From assembly GCA_965223415.1 (NCBI GenBank), contig OZ245002.1:2848001-2912000 (forward strand): a DNA stretch of 64,000 bases, written 5' to 3'. The position numbers were made by a program, and so were the translations under genes. A model generated the notes under the pieces. It had not been told where the DNA came from, made no database searches, and saw only the letters and a list, made by a program, of their open reading frames with translations. The stretch's first letter is position 1. The number at the start of each line of letters is the position of its first letter. Origin of the DNA: Myxococcota bacterium. GTDB taxonomy: Bacteria > Myxococcota_A > UBA9160 > UBA6930. Shown piece by piece: positions 45,456 to 54,860 of the stretch.

Positions 45456-45550
45456 CCGAGGCGAGACGGAGCCGACGCCGACGAATAGCCGAGGCGAGAC
45501 GGAGCCGACGCCGACGAATAGCCGAGGCGAGACGGAGCCGACGCCGACGA
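45437..45550. repeat. 33-bp tandem repeat, three exact copies plus partials
   Basis: acgaatagccgaggcgagacggagccgacgccg at 45448, 45481 and 45514; unit includes the EF-hand gene stop. Confidence 0.95.
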
Positions 45551-45565
45551 GTCGCCGCGGGGGAG

Positions 45566-46672
45566 CTACGGCGTCTCGAAGGCGCGCCGCAGGAACGCCA
45601 GCAGTAGCGCGTCGCTTTTCGCCTTGGTCTCGTCGTGGCGGCCGATCACGTAGCCGCTCTTCACGCACTCACGCATCGCGTCGCCGCTCTGCACGCGCAG
45701 GGCGATGCGTTCCTCGCGAGACGTCTCCAGCGGCACGTCGACGATCGGACGGCCGCCCACGGAGGAGTGGCCACGCTCGTCGTAGGCGACCTCGCAGCCG
45801 GCCACGTAGGGCGAGTCCGGGTGCATCTCCATCGGGATATGGGCCTCCCACGCGTGGCCGACGCCTTCGAAGACGTGGGCCTCCACGGGCACGCCGACCG
45901 CGCGCAGCTCCGCCTCGCGCTGCTCGCAGGCCGGCAGGTCGTTCGAGGCGTCCTCGGTGCCGCGGAGGGTGAGCAGCGGCGCGCCGTTCGTGGCTCGGGT
46001 GCCGAGGTTCTGGAAGCAGGGGCCGTAGTAGTCGACGAAGGCGGCGAAGCCCGGGTGCCCGGGCAGCAGCGCCTCGCGCACCCGATCGTCCATCGCGAAG
46101 CGCGTGGCCATGCCGCCGTACGAGAAGCCCATCACGCCGATGCGCGCGCCGTCCACCGCCGGATGGGTCGCGAGCAGCTGCAGGGCGGCATAGGCGTCGG
46201 TGACGGCGTCGAACTCCGTCACCGAGAGCACGCGCAGCATGTAGTTCGTCTCCCGGGTCACGCCGCGGGGCAGGTAGTAGTCGAGCACGAAGGCGGCGAT
46301 GCCGTTCGCCGCCAGAAGCTCGCCGTACTCCATCTCGCGGCCGGGCGTGATGCCCCCGCTCCCGTGGAGCACCACCATCGCCGGCACGGGCACGTCGGCC
46401 GAGGCGGCGTCGGGAAGGAAGAAGGTGCCGATGCCGGTGGTTGGCAGCCTGTCGGCCCGGCCGGCAAGCAGCACGTCGAGGTCGAAGGGCGTGCCGCTGG
46501 CGAAGTGCAGGGTTCCGCCGCCCGGACCGTCGGCCAGATCCGCCGGCGGCGCCGGAAGGTCCGGGAAGGTCGGCAGGGCCGCACCGACCAGCCCGGCCGC
46601 CCCGCCCTGCCAGCGGTAGATGCCATAGATCGCCACCCCGAGCAGGAGCAGCACGCCGAGGGTCTTCCTCAT
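45566..46672 (-). CDS. Dienelactone hydrolase family protein
   Basis: N-terminal TM/signal, LHGSGG, RIGVMGFSYGG, GTED, GVGHAW. Confidence 0.82.
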   Translation of the reverse strand: MRKTLGVLLLLGVAIYGIYRWQGGAAGLVGAALPTFPDLPAPPADLADGPGGGTLHFASGTPFDLDVLLAGRADRLPTTGIGTFFLPDAASADVPVPAMVVLHGSGGITPGREMEYGELLAANGIAAFVLDYYLPRGVTRETNYMLRVLSVTEFDAVTDAYAALQLLATHPAVDGARIGVMGFSYGGMATRFAMDDRVREALLPGHPGFAAFVDYYGPCFQNLGTRATNGAPLLTLRGTEDASNDLPACEQREAELRAVGVPVEAHVFEGVGHAWEAHIPMEMHPDSPYVAGCEVAYDERGHSSVGGRPIVDVPLETSREERIALRVQSGDAMRECVKSGYVIGRHDETKAKSDALLLAFLRRAFETP

Positions 46673-46719
46673 GGGGCTCGAGCTTGCAGCGGACGCCCGG
46701 GATCGGCCACTCTGCCCTC

Positions 46720-47049
46720 ATGAGCGACGCTGGAGCCCACTACAAGGAGGCCTTCGACCACTACCTCCACGAACGCCTGGAGGAAGCGGTGGCCGCCTAC
46801 CGCAAGTGCGTGGCGGCGGATCCCGACCACGCCCGGGGCTGGAACGGTCTCGCCATGAGCCTCGAGAAGCTGGGCGACGTGGACGGAGCGATTGAAGCGG
46901 GCCTGCGGCTCGTCGAGCTGGAGCCCGACGAGCCGCTGAGCCACACGAGCCTCTCCATCTTCTACCAGCAGAAGGGCATGATCCCGGAGGCCGAGGAGGA
47001 GAAGGCCATCGCCATGCGGCTGCAGATGGCGCAGCAGGGGAACGGCTGA
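46720..47049 (+). CDS. Small tetratricopeptide repeat protein
   Basis: TPR pattern EEAVAAYRKCVAADP...WNGLA...EPDEPLSHTSLS. Confidence 0.82.
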   Translation: MSDAGAHYKEAFDHYLHERLEEAVAAYRKCVAADPDHARGWNGLAMSLEKLGDVDGAIEAGLRLVELEPDEPLSHTSLSIFYQQKGMIPEAEEEKAIAMRLQMAQQGNG

Positions 47050-47050
47050 G

Positions 47051-47737
47051 GTGGCCGATCCGAAGGCCGCCAAGTCCTTCGAGCACGGCGAGGCCCTCTA
47101 CGACTACATCGTCGCTCACGGGAGCGAGCCTCCGGACGAGTTGCAACGCTCGCTCCAGGAGGAGACCGCGAAGCTCGGCGGCGTGGCGCGCATGCAGATC
47201 GACGCCGAGCAGGGCGCGCTCCTCACCTGGCTCACGCGGGCCCTCGGCGTCTTTCGTGCCGTCGAGATCGGCACCTTCACCGGCTACTCGGCGCTGTGCA
47301 TCGCCCGCGGTCTGCCCGCGGAAGGCCGGCTCCTGTGCCTCGATGTCAGCGACGAATGGACGGCCGTCGCGCGACGCCACTGGGAGAAGGCCGGCCTCGG
47401 CGGTCGCATCGAGCTGTGCCTGGGCCCGGCGGCGGAAACCCTCGAGGCGCTGCCCTCCGAGGAGACCTTCGACCTCGCCTTCCTGGACGCGGACAAGGTG
47501 AGCTACGCCGCCTACCTGGAGCTCCTACACCCACGGCTCCGCACCGGCGGCGTCGTGCTGGTGGACAACGTGCTCTGGAGCGGCGCGGTCATCGACCCGG
47601 CCCGCGACGACCCGGACACCGAGGCGATTCGCGCCTTCAACGCCCGGGTCGCCGCGGATCCGCGCTGGGATGCCGTGATGCTCGGCCGCTTCGACGGCCT
47701 CACGCTGCTTCGAAAGCGAGGGGCGGCGGACCGCTGA
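47051..47737 (+). CDS. Class I SAM-dependent O-methyltransferase (CCoAOMT-like)
   Basis: EIGTFTGYS, FDLAFLDADK, VDNVLWSG, DGLTL. Confidence 0.92.
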   Translation: MADPKAAKSFEHGEALYDYIVAHGSEPPDELQRSLQEETAKLGGVARMQIDAEQGALLTWLTRALGVFRAVEIGTFTGYSALCIARGLPAEGRLLCLDVSDEWTAVARRHWEKAGLGGRIELCLGPAAETLEALPSEETFDLAFLDADKVSYAAYLELLHPRLRTGGVVLVDNVLWSGAVIDPARDDPDTEAIRAFNARVAADPRWDAVMLGRFDGLTLLRKRGAADR

Positions 47738-48410
47738 GGATCCGCGCGACCAGCTCTCCCTGGCGGTGGGTTCCGGTCTTGGCGAACACCTGCTTCAGGT
47801 GGCCGCGCACGGTCTGGATCGAGATGTCGTGGGCCCGGGCGATCTCCTTCAAGCTGCAGCCCGCGGCCAGCTCGCTGGCCACCGCGCCCTCCATCGGTGT
47901 GAGCCCGTAGAGGCGGCCGAGTCGAGCCGCCGACGGCACCCGCGGCCGGGCGGGATCATGGACGAAGATGGCCGCGGCGCGGCGGCCCCGGCGGCCGATG
48001 GCGCGCACCGGTGCGACGGTGAGGCTGTAGGGAGGCAGCCCGGAAGGCCGGGAGACCTGCAAGACCTCGGCGGTCCCCTCGGCGCCGGCCTCCACCATCC
48101 GGGCGACCGCCCGCAAGAGGGCCTCGTTCTCCCGGTGGATCCGCGCCTCGACCCGCGACCCGGCGCGGACCAGGCCGTCGAGCTCGTCGAGCAGTCGATC
48201 CGCCGCGGTGTTGGTGCCGACCACCGCGCCGTTCTCGTCCACGACGAGCAGCGGGTCGGGGAGCAGGTCCAGCGCCGCCACCCCGAAGCTCCGCACGTCT
48301 CCGGACCGAGCTCCTCGCGGCTTCGCCTCGCTCTTGCTGAGGGGGATCCCCGGGTCTCCCTCGCCGCCCGTCATGCCTGTCTGGAAGTTGCCGTCCGTGT
48401 GAAATGCCAT
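47700..48410 (-). CDS. LuxR-type HTH regulator with PAS-like sensor region
   Basis: LDLLPDPLLVVD...NTAA; YGLTPME...LKEIA...TVRGHLKQVFAKTGTHRQ; start uncertain. Confidence 0.8.
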   Translation of the reverse strand: MAFHTDGNFQTGMTGGEGDPGIPLSKSEAKPRGARSGDVRSFGVAALDLLPDPLLVVDENGAVVGTNTAADRLLDELDGLVRAGSRVEARIHRENEALLRAVARMVEAGAEGTAEVLQVSRPSGLPPYSLTVAPVRAIGRRGRRAAAIFVHDPARPRVPSAARLGRLYGLTPMEGAVASELAAGCSLKEIARAHDISIQTVRGHLKQVFAKTGTHRQGELVARILSGPPPLAFEAA

Positions 48411-48519
48411 GACCCCGGTGTACGGCGATTCGAGCCTCACCCCTGTGAACTGCTTCACTTGGGGGAGGAAAACCGGGCTCGGGGGACCGGATTCCCGAAA
48501 ATCTTGACCTGGCGGGCGC

Positions 48520-49062
48520 TTACGACCCTTCGAGCCAGCGGGCGGCACACTCGGCCACCCAACGGCCGTGGGCTCGGGCCGCCGTGAGGTCGGCCTCCCG
48601 GGGCCCGGGGCCCTCGCTCCCGGGGTTCGTCGCGGCCAGCGGCCCCCAGTGGCAGCCGGCGGTCGCGAACCCCTCGAGCCGGTTGTGCATGGGCACGAGC
48701 AGGAGGCCGTGCTCGGCGAGGGTGGCGAGCAGGCTCACCAGGGTGAGCTCGCCGCCACCGCGGCCGCCGTTTCCGGCGCTGGCGAAGACGGCGCCGAGCT
48801 TCCCGACCAGCCGGCCCTGCATCCAGAGGGGCGCGGTGCGCTCGAGGAAGGCGCGCATCGCCGACTCCATGCCGCCCATGTGCACGCCGCTCCCCAGCAC
48901 GACCGCGTCGGCGGCGAGGAGCTGGGCCTCTCCCGCATGGGCGGCGTCGGCCACTTCCGCCTCGCCCGCCGCCTCCCTGGCGCCCTCGGCGAAGGCGTCG
49001 GCCATGCGCCGGGTGCGGCCGGTCGCGGACGCGACGACGATCAGGATCTTGGGACCGGACAA
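48520..49062 (-). CDS. Flavodoxin/WrbA-like NAD(P)H-dependent oxidoreductase
   Basis: SATGRTRRMA, ADAVVLGSGVHMG, LVGKLGAVFAS, GGGELTL; TTG start assumed. Confidence 0.82.
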   Translation of the reverse strand: MSGPKILIVVASATGRTRRMADAFAEGAREAAGEAEVADAAHAGEAQLLAADAVVLGSGVHMGGMESAMRAFLERTAPLWMQGRLVGKLGAVFASAGNGGRGGGELTLVSLLATLAEHGLLLVPMHNRLEGFATAGCHWGPLAATNPGSEGPGPREADLTAARAHGRWVAECAARWLEGS

Positions 49063-49067
49063 GGCGC

Positions 49068-50009
49068 TCAGGGTACCAGGGCGAGGCCGCGGACCGCCGC
49101 GGCGAAGTCCGGCGGGGGCTCGCTGGCCGCGTCGACCTCCTTCCACGCCAGGTGGCGCGCGTGGAGCAGCTGACGGGGCGCCAGCGCGTGCTCCGGCCCG
49201 CAATAGGCGGCGTCGCCGAGGATCGGGTGGCCCAGGTGCGCCAGGCTGACGCGGATCTGGTGCAGGAACCCGGTGGTCGGGCGCGCCTCGACCAGGCTCG
49301 CCTCGTCGCTGGCCGCCAGGCTCCGCCAGCGGGTCTGGGTGCGACGCCCGGCGCCCGCGCCCTCTCCCGGGAGCACCCGCACCCGCGCGGGCCGGTGCCG
49401 GCCGACGCCGAGCCGGAGGATCAGCTCGCCTTCACCCTCGAGCCGCCCCGCGACGACGGCCAGGTACGTCTTCTCCACCTTGTGGCTGCGGAAGGCTCCG
49501 CGCAGGCGCTGCCAGGCATCCTCGGCCGTGGCGAACAGCAGCACGCCGGAGGTGTCCACGTCGAGACGGTGGACGACGCCGCTGCGCAGGCCGCCCTCCC
49601 CCACGCCGACCAGCTCCGGGTGCCGCGCCACCAGGGCGTTGGCGACGGTTCCGCTCTCGCCGACCCGGAGTGGGTGGACCGGCGTGCCCGCCGGCTTGTC
49701 GACCGCCAGCCAGCCGTCTCCCTCGGTCAGTACGCCGAGCGGCGCGCCGGGCTCCGGAAGCGGCGGCGCCTCGGCGGGATCGGGCTGGGGCTCGACCCGG
49801 ATCTCGTCACCGGACGCGACCGGCGCACCCTTCGCCTCGAGCCCCGCCGGACGGTCGCGCCAGGTCACCGCCCCCGCGGCGAGAGCGCGGCGGACCCGGG
49901 CGCGGGAGACCCCCAGCGCCTCCGCCAGGAACGCGTCCAGACGCTTCCCGTCCTGCCTCGGGCCGACCACCCCTTCGAAGCCACCCGCGGGGCGGGACCC
50001 CTCCGACAT
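49068..50009 (-). CDS. RluA/RluD family pseudouridine synthase
   Basis: S4-like RLDAFLA, VDKPAG, HRLDVDTSG, TGFLHQIRV, HPILGD, LHA. Confidence 0.92.
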   Translation of the reverse strand: MSEGSRPAGGFEGVVGPRQDGKRLDAFLAEALGVSRARVRRALAAGAVTWRDRPAGLEAKGAPVASGDEIRVEPQPDPAEAPPLPEPGAPLGVLTEGDGWLAVDKPAGTPVHPLRVGESGTVANALVARHPELVGVGEGGLRSGVVHRLDVDTSGVLLFATAEDAWQRLRGAFRSHKVEKTYLAVVAGRLEGEGELILRLGVGRHRPARVRVLPGEGAGAGRRTQTRWRSLAASDEASLVEARPTTGFLHQIRVSLAHLGHPILGDAAYCGPEHALAPRQLLHARHLAWKEVDAASEPPPDFAAAVRGLALVP

Positions 50010-50045
50010 GGGTAGAGTCTACCGTTCCGCCTGAGAGGGACCCGG

Positions 50046-51593
50046 ATGAGCGAGTCGCAGCGGCGGCACATCGAAGTGATGGACACGACCCTGCGGGACG
50101 GCGAGCAGACCCCGGAGATCGCCTACACCCCGGAGGAGAAGCTCCAGCTCGCTCGCACCCTGCTGGCGGACGTGGGCGTGGACCGCATCGAGATCGCCGG
50201 CACCCGGGTCTCCGAGGGCGAGCGGGAGGCCGCCCGCAAGATCTGCCGCTGGGCGAAGCGCGCCGGCATGCTGCGCCGCATCGAGATGCTCGGCTACTGC
50301 GACGGCACCAAGAGCGTCGATTGGCTCCACGAGACCGGCGGACGCGTGCTGAACCTCCTCGTGAAGGGCTCCGAGCACCACTGCACGACCCAGCTCCGCA
50401 TGTCGCCGGAGCAGCACCGCAAGAAGGTCGCCGAGACCCTCGTCTACGCCCGCAAGCGGCGGGTGCGGACCAACGTCTACCTCGAGGACTGGTCCAGCGG
50501 CGTGGTCGACAGCCCGGACTACGTGTTCGCGCTGCTGCGCGCCCTCGGCGAGCACCGGGTCGATCGCGCCTTCCTGGCGGATACCCTCGGCATCCAGGCG
50601 CCCCGGGACGTGGCCCGCGGCATCGACCTCATGGTGGCGAGCTTCCCGGACGTCCACTTCGAGTACCACTGCCACAACGACTACGGCCTCTCGACGGCGA
50701 ACGTGCTGGCGGCCGTCGGCGCCGGCGCCCGGGGCGTGCACACCAGCGTCAACGGGCTGGGCGAGCGGGCGGGCAACGCCCGGCTCTCCGAGGCGGTGGC
50801 GGCGCTCCACGACCACGGGCCTTACGAGACGAACGTGAACGAATCCCGGCTGGTGGGTGTCTCGCGTCTCGTGGAGATCTTCAGCGGCAAGGAGGTGGCG
50901 GCGAACACGCCCATCGTCGGGCGGGACGTCTTCACCCAGACCGCCGGCATCCACGCCGACGGCGATGCCAAAGGCGATCTCTACGAGAGCCGGCTCGTGC
51001 CCGTGCGCTTCGGACGCCGGCGGCGCTACGCCCTGGGCAAGCTCTCGGGCAAGGCCTCCCTCGACCAGAACCTGGCTCAGCTCGGCATCGAGCTCGACGA
51101 CAAGGAGCGCGATCTGGTCCTCCAGCGCATCGTCGAGCTCGGCGACAAGAAGCACACGGTCGTTCCCGAGGACCTGCGCTTCATCATCGCCGACGTGCTG
51201 AAGACGCCGCGGGAGCACCTGGTCCAGGTCGAGCGCTACGACGTGGCGGTGGCCAGCGACCGGCTCCCGGAGGCGACGGTGGAGGTGGCCTATCAGGGTG
51301 AGCGGGCGAGCGCGCGCGCCAGCGGCGACGGCGGCTACGACGCCTTCATGAACGCTCTCAAGAAGGCGGTGAAGCGCTTCGGCCTCGAGGTACCGCGGCT
51401 GCAGGACTTCCGCGTGCGCATCCCGCCGGGAGGCCGCACGAGTGCGCTGGTCGAGACGCTGATCACCTGGCGCGGCGAGGCGGGCGAGGATGCGTTCTCG
51501 ACGATCGGCGTGGACTCGGACCAGCTCGCAGCAGCGGTGATCGCGACGGAGAAGATGCTGAACGCCGTGGCGGCGCGTAGCCAGGAGTCGTGA
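50046..51593 (+). CDS. cimA: Citramalate synthase / 2-isopropylmalate synthase family enzyme
   Basis: DTTLRDGEQ, HCHND, NGLGERAGN, QTAGIHADG, C-terminal regulatory domain; CimA versus LeuA not certain. Confidence 0.75.
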   Translation: MSESQRRHIEVMDTTLRDGEQTPEIAYTPEEKLQLARTLLADVGVDRIEIAGTRVSEGEREAARKICRWAKRAGMLRRIEMLGYCDGTKSVDWLHETGGRVLNLLVKGSEHHCTTQLRMSPEQHRKKVAETLVYARKRRVRTNVYLEDWSSGVVDSPDYVFALLRALGEHRVDRAFLADTLGIQAPRDVARGIDLMVASFPDVHFEYHCHNDYGLSTANVLAAVGAGARGVHTSVNGLGERAGNARLSEAVAALHDHGPYETNVNESRLVGVSRLVEIFSGKEVAANTPIVGRDVFTQTAGIHADGDAKGDLYESRLVPVRFGRRRRYALGKLSGKASLDQNLAQLGIELDDKERDLVLQRIVELGDKKHTVVPEDLRFIIADVLKTPREHLVQVERYDVAVASDRLPEATVEVAYQGERASARASGDGGYDAFMNALKKAVKRFGLEVPRLQDFRVRIPPGGRTSALVETLITWRGEAGEDAFSTIGVDSDQLAAAVIATEKMLNAVAARSQES

Positions 51594-52522
51594 GGCCGGG
51601 TCGCGCGCTGGCGTTCGTCGGGCTCGCGGCCTGCCTCGGCTGCGCGAGCCCGCCCGGGCCCGACCCGCGCTACCGCCCCACCCAGAGCGTGCTCGAGGTG
51701 GTGGCGGTCCTGCGCCGCCACGTGCCCGACGACACCTATCGCTTCCCGCCGGCCCGGGACTTCACGGGCCGCAACGTCTACCGCGCCTCGCTGCTGCGCC
51801 TGGAGAACCTGGAGGCGGCCCACGCCGAGGCCCTGCGCGCGGGCACCCTCGACGACGTGATCGCCTTCTCGAAGGCGCGCGCCCTCGAGCGCATCCGCGC
51901 CTTCGAGCTGGCTGCGACGAGCTACCGGCGCGCCGCCGAGCGGGAGGGACCGCTGCGCGAGGAGGCCCTGCGCAGCGCCGCCCTGTGCGACGCCCTGGGC
52001 GAGGCCGCCGGGCTCGAGCCCGCCGGAAGCGGCGGCGCCGCCGGGCGCGAGGAGGCGCTGGCCACCTTCGAGCGCCGCCGCGCGCTGCTCGAAGCGTTGC
52101 TCGCGGAAGCCACCGGCACCCACTTCGCGCCGGTGATCCGGGAAGAGCTCGAGCGCACCGACCTCGCCCGTGCGCGCTTCCTGGCGGACGTGCGCCGCCT
52201 CTACCCGGACGGCGACGTGCGCGCGCTCTCCGCCATCCAGCAGCTCGTGGTGACCCACCGAGAGAGCAAGAACACGAACGGCCACCTGTTGGCCCTCGGC
52301 GACCTCTACGCCGAGCTGGCGGTGGAGTACGTGCAGACGCATCCCCCGGAAAGCCTCGGCTTCGACCCGCCCCGCTTCGAGGAGCTGGTCGAGGCGGCAG
52401 CGCGCATGTACGAGGCCGTTTCGAACCAGGACGGCGCGGCGGAGAAGCTCGAGGCGGCGCGGCGGCTGGAGGCCTTCCTGGCCTTCACGCTCAAGGTCGA
52501 CCGGGATCGGTTCTCTCCGTGA
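51590..52522 (+). CDS. Hypothetical helical lipoprotein (310 aa)
   Basis: Lipobox-like CLGC; GTGA overlaps at both ends; TPR-like helices. Confidence 0.7.
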   Translation: MRPGRALAFVGLAACLGCASPPGPDPRYRPTQSVLEVVAVLRRHVPDDTYRFPPARDFTGRNVYRASLLRLENLEAAHAEALRAGTLDDVIAFSKARALERIRAFELAATSYRRAAEREGPLREEALRSAALCDALGEAAGLEPAGSGGAAGREEALATFERRRALLEALLAEATGTHFAPVIREELERTDLARARFLADVRRLYPDGDVRALSAIQQLVVTHRESKNTNGHLLALGDLYAELAVEYVQTHPPESLGFDPPRFEELVEAAARMYEAVSNQDGAAEKLEAARRLEAFLAFTLKVDRDRFSP

Positions 52523-54789
52523 GGCCGGCGGCGCGCGTCCTGGTGGCGTTGGTCGCGGTCGCACTGGGCGGCTGCACCGGCGCGCTCACGCCGGCGGTGG
52601 ATCCGCTCGAGCCGCTTCCGTCCCTCGCCCGCTACGTGCCCGACGCCCTCGACCGCTCCGCCCGGGACCTGGCGGTGGAGGTGCTGCGCGGCGACGACGA
52701 GGGGCTTTCGCGGGAGCTCGCGGAGCTCCTCACCCTGGACGCGGAGCGGGTCGCCCGGGGCGAGGCGCCGAGCGGCCTGATCCCCTACGCCCTCGACGCG
52801 CGCAATGCCACCGTCGCCGACGCCCGGGTGCGACGGCTCGCGGGCCGCGCGCTCCTCGAGCGTGCCGACGTGCCGGCGGCCCTGCGCAAACGCGTCGAGG
52901 AGGAGATCCGCGACGACCCGCTCGCCCTGGCCGGCCAGCGCCTGCGGGACCGCTGGATCCTGCGCTACGGCCGCGTCGCCAACTCGATGATGGAATCGGT
53001 AGGCAGCTCGTTGGGCGGCGTCCTCCTGCCCTACCGGCTCGCCCAGTCGGTGATCAACATCGCCCTCGCCGAGCACATGGAAGACGAGCTCACCACCGGC
53101 GAGCGCCAGGCCCTCGCCCACTGGAAGCGCTTCGTGGAGGAGCACCCCCAGGCTCCGGAGGCGCTCGAGCTGCTGGAACGCATCCGGGAGGCCCAGCTGC
53201 GCTGGAGCCGGACCCAGCGGGACCTGGCAATGCGCAAGGCCGGCGAGGCCCTGGAGGCGGGTGCGCCGCTCTTCGCCTCCGCCTACGCGGAGCGGGCGCT
53301 GCGCCATGCGCCGGAAGACCCGGCGGCGCGGGAGCTCCTGGAAGAGGCCCGCCAGCGCGCCACCGCCTGGCAGGCGGACCGGGAGCGGGCGGAGGCGCCG
53401 GCGCCCGAGGCCTTGACCGACGCCGCCCGCCAGGCCGCGCTCTCCCGGGCGCTGCTCGCCCCCGAGGGTCGGACCCTGCGCGATGCGGCGGCCCTTGCCC
53501 GGGAGATCGTGGCCGGGGGCCCCGGCGCGCCCCTGGCCTCCGAGGCCCGCTACGTGCTCGCCCTGGCCGCGGGTGCGCGCGGTGTGGACGGCGAGCGCTG
53601 GGAACGCCTCGAGACCCTGGCGGCGGAGGACGACGCGACGTCGGCCATGGCCCGCCACGCCCGGCAGGAGTGGGAGAGCTTCGACACGAATCCGTACCGC
53701 GCCTTCCAGGCGGCACTCGACCAGGCGGAGAGCGAGCAGGTGCGCGGCACGTTGTTTGGCGCGCTCAAGGACGGGCCGCGGGATCGGGACCTGCCGCGCT
53801 GGCTCGAGGTGGCCCTCGAGGTGCCCTCCACCGTCGGTGTGCTGGCGGGGCTCCCGATGCGGGTGATCCAGGCGCCCTTCGAGCGACCGCCCCTGCAGGC
53901 GCCAGCGGCGCTGGCGCGGCGCACCCTCGAGCGGGAGCCGGGCAGCGCCCACGCGGACGAGGCCCGTCGCTGGCTCGTGGAATACGAGCGTGAGCGCGGC
54001 AACGCCGTCGGCGCCCTGGGGCTGCTCGAGGCCGCGCCGGGCGCTTCCCCGGCGGAGCTCACCGAGCTGCGCGAGGCGGCCGGCCTTCAGGCCTACGAGG
54101 CCTCCCGGAAGGAGAAGCGGCGCGACGTGCGCCTGCAGCTCCTGCGGGACGCGGCCCGCCAGTTCGCCGGTACCGAGGGCGGGCAGAAGGCCGGCGAGGC
54201 GGCTCGCGAGGAGCTGCGCACGGCCACGAGCCAGCGGATCCGCATCAGCCGCGGCTTCCTGCTGGAGAACCCGGCCGTCGCCGGGCCCGAGGGCCTCGCC
54301 CTGCGGCCGACCCTGCTGGACGACGAGCCTGCCAACGGAGAGCTGCACCCCGAGGGCGTCACGTTGCTGGGCGAGCGGGTCCTGGAGATCGCGCTCCTCG
54401 ACGGACGGCCGAGCCAGGAGCCGACGCGCACCCGCCAGCGGGTCTCCGAGGAGCGGCTGGCGCGGTTGGTGGCGCAACTGGAGGAGGCGACCCTGCACAC
54501 CCTCCTCACCGATCGCGACGCCCGCGTCGAGCACGACGCGGACCGGGACCTCTACTTCGAGCGCGCCCGCCTCGGCACCCTCGGCCGCGTCGACGCCCGG
54601 CCCCACGCCGAGAGCGACTACGCCTTCCTCGGCATGCGGGAGCGCTACGGACTGGTGCGCTCCCGCGAGTCCATCCTGCCCGTCCAGCTCGTCCTCCAGG
54701 GCAGTTTCGAGGACTTCGGCCTCGGCGCCTTCCCCCGCATCCGCATGCCCAAGACCACCCCGGACGCCTTCCTCTACAAGGACCGGTAG
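52519..54789 (+). CDS. Hypothetical large helical/TPR-like lipoprotein (756 aa)
   Basis: LGGC lipobox; GTG 52519 overlaps upstream TGA; TPR-like YAERALRHAPEDP. Confidence 0.7.
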   Translation: MRPAARVLVALVAVALGGCTGALTPAVDPLEPLPSLARYVPDALDRSARDLAVEVLRGDDEGLSRELAELLTLDAERVARGEAPSGLIPYALDARNATVADARVRRLAGRALLERADVPAALRKRVEEEIRDDPLALAGQRLRDRWILRYGRVANSMMESVGSSLGGVLLPYRLAQSVINIALAEHMEDELTTGERQALAHWKRFVEEHPQAPEALELLERIREAQLRWSRTQRDLAMRKAGEALEAGAPLFASAYAERALRHAPEDPAARELLEEARQRATAWQADRERAEAPAPEALTDAARQAALSRALLAPEGRTLRDAAALAREIVAGGPGAPLASEARYVLALAAGARGVDGERWERLETLAAEDDATSAMARHARQEWESFDTNPYRAFQAALDQAESEQVRGTLFGALKDGPRDRDLPRWLEVALEVPSTVGVLAGLPMRVIQAPFERPPLQAPAALARRTLEREPGSAHADEARRWLVEYERERGNAVGALGLLEAAPGASPAELTELREAAGLQAYEASRKEKRRDVRLQLLRDAARQFAGTEGGQKAGEAAREELRTATSQRIRISRGFLLENPAVAGPEGLALRPTLLDDEPANGELHPEGVTLLGERVLEIALLDGRPSQEPTRTRQRVSEERLARLVAQLEEATLHTLLTDRDARVEHDADRDLYFERARLGTLGRVDARPHAESDYAFLGMRERYGLVRSRESILPVQLVLQGSFEDFGLGAFPRIRMPKTTPDAFLYKDR

Positions 54790-54860
54790 GTGAGACAAGG
54801 GGACGTTCCTTTCTGTCTCACGCCTAGCGTGAGACAGAAAGGAACGTCCCCTTGTCCCAC
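54790..54860. repeat. 34-bp-arm inverted repeat (1 mismatch, 3-nt loop) built from two smaller hairpins, REP-doublet-like
   Basis: 54790-54823 pairs with 54827-54860; each arm is gtgagaca-core-tgtctcac-like; loop cta is the glcF stop. Confidence 0.93.

Noticed and set aside
45437..45550. 33-bp repeat as a CRISPR array
   Set aside because: Units are head-to-tail with no unique spacers, and no cas genes are present
47700..47737. 38-bp convergent overlap of the O-methyltransferase and LuxR genes
   Set aside because: Short 3' overlaps are common in GC-rich genomes; no further signal
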